NCBI GenBank assembly: GCA_964430735.1
Contig: CAYSFB010000003.1
Span: 2,039 to 66,038 of the forward strand
Source of the DNA: an uncultured Planctomycetia bacterium
GTDB taxonomy: Bacteria; Omnitrophota; Gorgyraeia; 2-02-FULL-51-18; JAGOUK01
Direction of reading: 5' to 3'
DNA: 64,000 nt
Position numbers and translations under genes: made by a program. Below, in pieces: positions 58,814-64,000 of this stretch. The notes under the pieces were generated by a model. The model worked only from the letters and a program-made list of their open reading frames with translations, ran no database searches and was not told where the DNA came from. How positions within the stretch are numbered: position 1 is the stretch's first letter; each line of letters begins with the position of its first letter.

Positions 58814-59410
58814 TTGAGTCCCAGGGATTGGCCGGCAGAGAAGTTGGTGTCGGAATGTCTGGCGGAAAAAGGCCAGGCCTGGGACGAGCTCGTCCGGCGT
58901 TTTGGACCCGTCGTGTACGGAACGATCCGCAAACAGCTCGCGCGCTTCGGGTGCTCGCAGCGGCAGGACCTCGCCGAAGACGCGTATCAGGAAGTTTTTT
59001 TGACATTGTCCCGTGAGCGGACCTTGGGACGGCTGACCGATACGCGGGCTCTGCCGGGATATCTGGCGGCTGTTGCCGTCTCCAAGGCCGTGGACGCGGT
59101 CCGCGGCATCTCGCGGGACGGATCGTATGTGGAATGGACCGCCGAAGGACCGGCCGACGACTACGCCTGTCCGCAGCCGAATCCGCGGGATGAGGCGCAG
59201 CGGCGCGACGTGCGGGACCTCGTCGAACGCGAGCTGTCGGATCTGCCGGCCCGGGAAGCGCTCGTCGTCCGGCTCAAATGGCAGCACGACATGACGCTTG
59301 AGAGCATTGCCCGGCAATTGGAGCTCCCGGCCGGAACGGTGGCGACGGTGCTGCAGCGGGCGCGGAATCTCGTGCGGGGGCGCTTGGAAGACAAGGGGAT
59401 TGAGGGATGA
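58814..59410 (+). CDS. ECF-type RNA polymerase sigma factor
   Basis: Sigma-70 region 2 and region 4 (...LESIARQLELPAGTVATVLQRAR...); TTG start. Confidence 0.8.
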   Translation: MSPRDWPAEKLVSECLAEKGQAWDELVRRFGPVVYGTIRKQLARFGCSQRQDLAEDAYQEVFLTLSRERTLGRLTDTRALPGYLAAVAVSKAVDAVRGISRDGSYVEWTAEGPADDYACPQPNPRDEAQRRDVRDLVERELSDLPAREALVVRLKWQHDMTLESIARQLELPAGTVATVLQRARNLVRGRLEDKGIEG

Positions 59411-59889
59411 ATCAACAAGGCTGGTTCAAATCGCAGGAGCCGCAGACATCCTGTCCTTCGGCGGACGAACTGTTCTTTTTTGTCCGGGGCAGCATGGCCG
59501 CCGATCGCCGCGACACGGTCCGCGAACATATGGCCGGTTGCGTCTGGTGCTCCGAAAAAATCGCCCGCCTGGCCGAAGGGGATGCGGCCGCTGGATCCGA
59601 GCCCGTCCCGGACGCGCTGAGCCGTCGAACCCGCCGTCTCTGGCACTCGCATCCGCTGCAAAAAATCTGGCGCTCCCCGATGCTCTGGATGACGCTGTTC
59701 ATCGTATCGTTGGGCATCTCCTTCGGCCTGCCCCGGTACTACAAGCAATTCCTCGTGATTGCCCTCGTGGCCGGCATCCGCTGGGCCATGAATGAGCGCC
59801 TCGCCCGCCACCACATCACCGTCACCAAGCTCGAAACCCCTTCCTCCAACCGATCCTCAGTCAACCGGGACGTTTCCTCGCGTTCCTGA
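59407..59889 (+). CDS. Zinc-binding (ZAS-type) anti-sigma factor with a TM helix
   Basis: HMAGCVWC (H-x3-C-x2-C) then a TM segment; ATGA overlap with the sigma gene. Confidence 0.7.
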   Translation: MNQQGWFKSQEPQTSCPSADELFFFVRGSMAADRRDTVREHMAGCVWCSEKIARLAEGDAAAGSEPVPDALSRRTRRLWHSHPLQKIWRSPMLWMTLFIVSLGISFGLPRYYKQFLVIALVAGIRWAMNERLARHHITVTKLETPSSNRSSVNRDVSSRS

Positions 59890-59951
59890 ATCGCCCCGTT
59901 CCTTTTAAAACGGCAGCACGGACACCGAGTATGATATAATCCACGGCTTAT

Positions 59952-60029
59952 CGGAATGTGGCTCAACTTGGCTAGAGCGCTCGGTTCGGGACCGAGAGGT
60001 TCCGGGTTCGAATCCCGGCATTCCGACCA
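59952..60029 (+). tRNA. tRNA-Pro (anticodon CGG)
   Basis: Manual fold gives acceptor CGGAATG/CATTCCG, D-stem GCTC/GAGC, anticodon loop TTCGGGA, T-arm CCGGG-TTCGAAT-CCCGG, and a genomically encoded CCA. Confidence 0.85.
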
Positions 60030-60036
60030 AATTTAT

Positions 60037-61854
60037 ATGAATATCCTCGGCATCTCTGCCTTCTATCATGACAGCGCGGCCTGCCTCGTCCGGGACGGCG
60101 TAATTCTCGCCGCCGCCCAGGAAGAGCGGTTCACCCGCAAGAAGCACGACTGGGATTTTCCTCACCGTGCCGTGGAATACTGTCTCCGCGAAGGCGGGAT
60201 CAAGGTCCAGGACCTCGACCTTGTTGTTTTTTACGACAAACCCTTCCTCAAGTTCGAACGCATTCTCGAAACCCACCTGGCCTACGCCCCGCGGGGATTA
60301 CGGGCTTTTCTCAAAGCCATGCCCGTCTGGATCAAGGAAAAGATCTGGGCCAAGCAGGTCATTCAGGACGAGTTGGGCTTCCAGGGCAAGGTACTGTTTC
60401 CCGAGCATCACGAGTCGCATGCGGCCAGCGCTTTTTATCCCTCTCCCTTTCAAAAAGCCGCGTTTCTGACCGTTGACGGAGTCGGGGAGTGGACGACGAC
60501 CAGCTACGGCACGGGTAACGGCCACCAGATGTCGATCCAGGGCGACATCGCCTTCCCGCATTCGCTCGGCCTCCTGTATTCCGCCTTTACCTACTACACG
60601 GGTTTTAAGGTCAATTCCGGCGAGTACAAACTCATGGGTCTGGCGCCGTACGGCGAACCCAAATACAAAGACCTGATTCTGAAACATCTGATCGACGTGA
60701 AGCCCGACGGCTCATTCCGGATGAACATGGACTACTTCAGCTATTGCGCGGGCCTCACGATGACGAATGCCAAGTTCGACCAGCTGTTCGGCGGGCCGCG
60801 CCGCAGCCCCGAAACCAAGCTCACGCAGCGCGAAATGGATCTGGCCCGGTCGGTCCAGGAAGCCCTCGAAGAAATCCTGCTCAAAATCATCCGCCACGTG
60901 CACAAGGTCACAGGCGAGGAGTATCTCTGCCTCGCCGGCGGGGTCGCGCTCAACTGCGTCGCCAACGGCCGGCTGCTGCGCGAGGGTCCCTTCAAGGACA
61001 TCTGGATCCAGCCCGCCGCCAGCGATGCCGGAGGCGCGCTCGGCGCGGCCCTCTACGCCTGGCACCATTACCTCGGCAACCCGCGGAAGGCCGACGGCGT
61101 CCACGACACCCAGCGAGGTTCGCTCCTGGGACCCGGCTTCACCGACGAGGAAATTGGCTCTTATCTGGCCGAAGCGAAGATTCCGCACGAAAAAGTGTCG
61201 CGCCCCGAACTCGTCCGCAAAACCGCCGACATGATCGCGGACGAAAAAGTGATCGCCTGGTTCCAGGGCCGGATGGAATTCGGCCCGCGCGCCTTGGGAG
61301 CCCGCTCGATCCTCGGCGACGCGCGTTCGCCGCGCCTGCAGGAAACGATGAACCTCAAGATCAAATTCCGCGAGTCGTTCCGTCCGTTCGCGCCGATCGT
61401 CAAGGCGGACCGGGTCTCCGAATACTTTGAGCTCGACCGTCCCAGTCCGTACATGATGCTCGTCGCTCCGGTCAAAACGTCGCGCCGCAAAGCCATGACG
61501 GCCGAGCAGTCGGCGCTCTTCGGGATCGACAAGCTCAAGATCGTCCGCTCGGACATTCCGGCCGTCACGCACGTGGATTACTCCGCCCGCATCCAGACTG
61601 TGGACGCGGCGACCAATCCGCTTTTGCACGACATCCTGACGGACCTGGAAGCGCGTCATGCGACGCCGGTCATCATCAATACATCGTTCAATGTGCGCGG
61701 CGAGCCGATCGTCTGCACGCCCCAGGACGCGTACCGCTGCTTCATGCGCACAAACATGGATGTGCTCATCATGGGCAGCCATCTCATCCACAAGTCCGAA
61801 CAGCCCAAGCTTGCCGGCGACACCGACTGGAAAAAAGAATTCGAACTGGATTGA
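60037..61854 (+). CDS. Carbamoyltransferase (NodU/CmcH family)
   Basis: MNILGISAFYHDSAACLV... N-terminal Kae1/YgjD-like and C-terminal carbamoyltransferase domains. Confidence 0.88.
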   Translation: MNILGISAFYHDSAACLVRDGVILAAAQEERFTRKKHDWDFPHRAVEYCLREGGIKVQDLDLVVFYDKPFLKFERILETHLAYAPRGLRAFLKAMPVWIKEKIWAKQVIQDELGFQGKVLFPEHHESHAASAFYPSPFQKAAFLTVDGVGEWTTTSYGTGNGHQMSIQGDIAFPHSLGLLYSAFTYYTGFKVNSGEYKLMGLAPYGEPKYKDLILKHLIDVKPDGSFRMNMDYFSYCAGLTMTNAKFDQLFGGPRRSPETKLTQREMDLARSVQEALEEILLKIIRHVHKVTGEEYLCLAGGVALNCVANGRLLREGPFKDIWIQPAASDAGGALGAALYAWHHYLGNPRKADGVHDTQRGSLLGPGFTDEEIGSYLAEAKIPHEKVSRPELVRKTADMIADEKVIAWFQGRMEFGPRALGARSILGDARSPRLQETMNLKIKFRESFRPFAPIVKADRVSEYFELDRPSPYMMLVAPVKTSRRKAMTAEQSALFGIDKLKIVRSDIPAVTHVDYSARIQTVDAATNPLLHDILTDLEARHATPVIINTSFNVRGEPIVCTPQDAYRCFMRTNMDVLIMGSHLIHKSEQPKLAGDTDWKKEFELD

Positions 61855-62276
61855 TGATGCTCATTAAAGAAATCAAAAATATCAAAAGCACGCCCAAGGA
61901 GCTGAGAGAATTCGGCTTTGTGGTCGGCGGCATGCTGCTGCTGATCGCGTGTCTCTCGGCCTGGAAGCACGGCTGGGTTTGGAATTATTGGCTCATTGGC
62001 CCCGGTGCTGTGCTGACGGCGGTCGGCGCCGTGTTTCCGGCCGTACTGCTGCCGCTGCAGAAGGTCTGGATGGGGTTGGCGCTCGTGATGGGCGCCGTGA
62101 TGAGCCGCGTGATCCTGTCGCTGCTCTTTTTTGTGATTCTGACGCCGCTGGCGCTCATTCTGCGCGCGCAGGGGAAGCGTTTTTTGGGACGGGGCGCGGA
62201 AGCGTCCGCGGACACCTATTGGAACCTGCGCGGACCCGAGAGCGCGGACCCGAAGCGCTGCGAGCGGCAATACTAA
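61854..62276 (+). CDS. SxtJ-like small membrane protein
   Basis: ~140 aa, multi-TM, immediately downstream of the carbamoyltransferase, matching a commonly conserved linkage. Confidence 0.6.
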   Translation: MMLIKEIKNIKSTPKELREFGFVVGGMLLLIACLSAWKHGWVWNYWLIGPGAVLTAVGAVFPAVLLPLQKVWMGLALVMGAVMSRVILSLLFFVILTPLALILRAQGKRFLGRGAEASADTYWNLRGPESADPKRCERQY

Positions 62277-62289
62277 CCGGAGGGCGACG

Positions 62290-62448
62290 ATGTCTAAGTT
62301 TTCGATCCTGAAGGAATTCTGGGATTTTTTGAAGGTCCGCAAGAAATGGTGGCTCACGCCGATCGTGATTTTTCTCGTCGCTCTCGGCGCACTGATCGTG
62401 ATGGCGGGCGGCTCCGCTTTTTCTCCGTTCATCTACACGCTGTTCTAA
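62290..62448 (+). CDS. SxtK-like/DUF5989 small membrane protein (52 aa; below ORF-track cutoff)
   Basis: MSKFSILKEFWDFLKVRKKWWLTPIVIFLVALGALIVMAGGSAFSPFIYTLF. Confidence 0.55.
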   Translation: MSKFSILKEFWDFLKVRKKWWLTPIVIFLVALGALIVMAGGSAFSPFIYTLF

Positions 62449-63273
62449 ATGTCCTCCCGGCGCCCGCTGTCCGCGGATCCGGAGCTGGACTTCATCGTCG
62501 CGACGGCGCAGGCGGCCGGCAAGGTCGTCATGGCGCATTACCGCCGGGCGTCCGGCCGTCGGCAATATAAAGAGGACCGCTCGCCGGTCACCGCCGCCGA
62601 CCTCGCCGCGAATCGGCTAATCGTTGCCGCACTCAAGAAGCACAACCCCTCCATTCCCGTAATCTCCGAAGAGTCGCCGATGCCCGCGCCGGCTGTCCGC
62701 CGCCGCTGGAAGGCCTTCTGGCTTGTGGATCCCGTCGATGGCACGCGCGAATTCCTGAGTCGGACCGGTCACTTCACAGTGAACATCGCGCTCATCCGGC
62801 GCGGCGTTCCGGTCGCGGGCGCGGTGCTGGCTCCCGCGATGAACCTCCTGTACTACGGCAGCGTCCGGTCCCGTTCCTGGCGCGTCCGGGGCGCGGGGAA
62901 GCCGAAGCGGATTTTTCCCCGGCCGCCGCGCAGGGGCGAGGCGCCGAAGATTCTCGTGAGCCGGCTGCACGAAAGCGAGTCGACGCTCAAGGCGCTCGCA
63001 CGGATCCCGGGCGCCAAGCTCATCCGCGTCGGCAGCTCGCTCAAATTCGGACTGGTCGCCGAAGGCCGCGCGCACGCGTATCCGCGGTTCGGACCCACGT
63101 CGGAGTGGGACGTGGCCGCGGGCGACGCGGTCTGGCGCTACGCGTGCCGGCCGGGTGAGACAAACCCGTCGCCGCTCAAGTACAATAAGGCGTCGCTCAA
63201 AAACGCTTCGTTCCACATCGGATGGAGGCCCGCGTCCCGTGCCGTCAGTCAAAAGCAAAAAAAAGCCTTCTAA
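62449..63273 (+). CDS. cysQ: 3'(2'),5'-bisphosphate nucleotidase (inositol monophosphatase family)
   Basis: ...WLVDPVDGTREF... metal-binding motif. Confidence 0.8.
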   Translation: MSSRRPLSADPELDFIVATAQAAGKVVMAHYRRASGRRQYKEDRSPVTAADLAANRLIVAALKKHNPSIPVISEESPMPAPAVRRRWKAFWLVDPVDGTREFLSRTGHFTVNIALIRRGVPVAGAVLAPAMNLLYYGSVRSRSWRVRGAGKPKRIFPRPPRRGEAPKILVSRLHESESTLKALARIPGAKLIRVGSSLKFGLVAEGRAHAYPRFGPTSEWDVAAGDAVWRYACRPGETNPSPLKYNKASLKNASFHIGWRPASRAVSQKQKKAF

Positions 63274-63337
63274 GAAAAAACCCGCGCCAAAAGCTAAGCG
63301 GGTCGCGGCCGACGCTCAGCCGTCCTGCCGCATCGAA

Positions 63338-63604
63338 GTGACCTACAAAGGCCGTGTTCAGGGCGTCGGGTTCCGCTTCAACGCCGAAAAAGTCGCGCTC
63401 GAATGCGGCGCGAAGGGCTGGGTCCGCAACGAGCAGAACGGCGACGTCAAACTCGTGGCGGAGGGCTCCAAGGGGACGCTTGATGCGCTCCTCGAGGGCA
63501 TCCGCCGCTGCCCGGTCGGCCGTCACATCACCAAAGAACAGGTCCACTGGGAGCCGTTTCAGAACCAGTTCGACGACTTCACGATCGAATACCACTTCGC
63601 GTAA
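63338..63604 (+). CDS. acyP: Acylphosphatase (start uncertain)
   Basis: ...VTYKGRVQGVGFRF...GWVRNEQNGDV.... There is no in-frame ATG after the cysQ stop, so GTG 63338 is the nearest plausible start. Confidence 0.65.
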   Translation: MTYKGRVQGVGFRFNAEKVALECGAKGWVRNEQNGDVKLVAEGSKGTLDALLEGIRRCPVGRHITKEQVHWEPFQNQFDDFTIEYHFA

Positions 63605-63620
63605 CGACGGGACTTCCTGC

Positions 63621-64000
63621 ATGGCCCCGATCACCCGCAAAGAATACCTGCGCCTCCTCGACGAGGTCCGCGAACACGACCGGAAATACTACGGCGAAGC
63701 ACGGCCGCAGGTTTCGGACTCCGAGTACGATGCTCTTCTCCGCAAACTCAAAAAAATAGAATCCGATCATCCCGATTGGGCCCCGTCCGACTCCCCGACG
63801 CTCAAGCTCGGCGACCGGACGACGACGGGCTTTAAGACGGGCGAACACCGGGCGCCGATGCTGTCGATCGACAACACGTATTCCGACGACGAACTCCGCG
63901 AGTTCGACGCGCGCGTTCTCAAGGTCCTCAAGCTGCCCGAGGGGACGGAGGTTCGGTACTCCGTGGAACTCAAGATCGACGGCGTGTCGCTGTCCCTGAC
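63621..64000 (+). CDS. ligA: NAD-dependent DNA ligase LigA, N-terminal part (continues past window)
   Basis: ...YYGEARPQVSDSEYDAL...ELKIDGVSL (KxDG adenylation motif). Confidence 0.88.
   Translation, partial: MAPITRKEYLRLLDEVREHDRKYYGEARPQVSDSEYDALLRKLKKIESDHPDWAPSDSPTLKLGDRTTTGFKTGEHRAPMLSIDNTYSDDELREFDARVLKVLKLPEGTEVRYSVELKIDGVSLSL

Noticed and set aside
63155-63337. ATG 63155 as acyP start (the ORF-track call), overlapping cysQ by 119 nt
   Set aside because: It would add a 60-aa Lys-rich extension read through the cysQ 3' end. Acylphosphatases are ~90 aa, so GTG 63338 was preferred, and the start is flagged as uncertain.

Overview
This 64 kb window is a high-GC (roughly 65% by eye), gene-dense stretch of bacterial chromosome, almost entirely + strand and mostly core housekeeping operons. 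The one clearly foreign piece is a ~2.8 kb low-GC island at ~37355-40180, which I take to be the most likely site of an undescribed system.

Gene order, left to right:
- ruvC(partial)-ruvA-ruvB, then SpoIID-like and a few secreted or membrane hypotheticals (tail-anchored protein, TPR-like protein, FecR-domain protein).
- queA, tgt, yajC and a fused secDF.
- A small accessory patch: a secreted Ser/Gly-rich protein, an outer-membrane beta-barrel (- strand) and a CHASE2-GGDEF diguanylate cyclase, each flanked by AT-rich spacers.
- rpmB (-), recG, rsmD, coaD.
- yceD-rpmF-plsX-fabH-fabD-fabG-acpP-fabF-fabI.
- smc, then a convergent GAF-GGDEF cyclase (-).
- A complete late-stage futalosine-type menaquinone cluster: ubiE/menG, UbiD-like, UbiA-like, UbiX-like, two MqnC/MqnE-type radical SAM enzymes and an MqnA/MqnD-family protein.
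- The low-GC island (~37355-40180). It carries two genes with atypical codon usage. The first is a 665-aa P-loop AAA+/STAND-type NTPase with Walker A and B motifs and a C-terminal R-x6-H (HEPN-like) motif. The second is a 221-aa protein with an N-terminal membrane anchor. There is no integrase or transposase. Both island edges fall inside coding sequence: the last ~22 codons of the mqn radical-SAM gene and the first ~25 codons of a DUF1398 gene. I interpret this as a candidate, previously undescribed two-gene anti-phage or abortive-infection module.
- A DUF1398::VOC in-frame fusion, small ORFs (DUF2132, YciH/SUI1), then rplM-rpsI.
- A 15-gene translationally coupled run: argCJBDFGH-lysA-dapF-dapA-dapB-dapL-folK-panC-panD plus an aspartate-dehydrogenase-like gene.
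- An ECF sigma / ZAS anti-sigma pair, tRNA-Pro(CGG), a carbamoyltransferase with SxtJ/SxtK-like small membrane proteins, cysQ, acyP and ligA (partial).

I found no CRISPR array and no rRNA. The long antisense ORFs in the track are high-GC artefacts. Taxon cannot be fixed from sequence alone. It is a diderm, high-GC bacterium with fused SecDF, futalosine menaquinone synthesis and a DapL-type lysine pathway.
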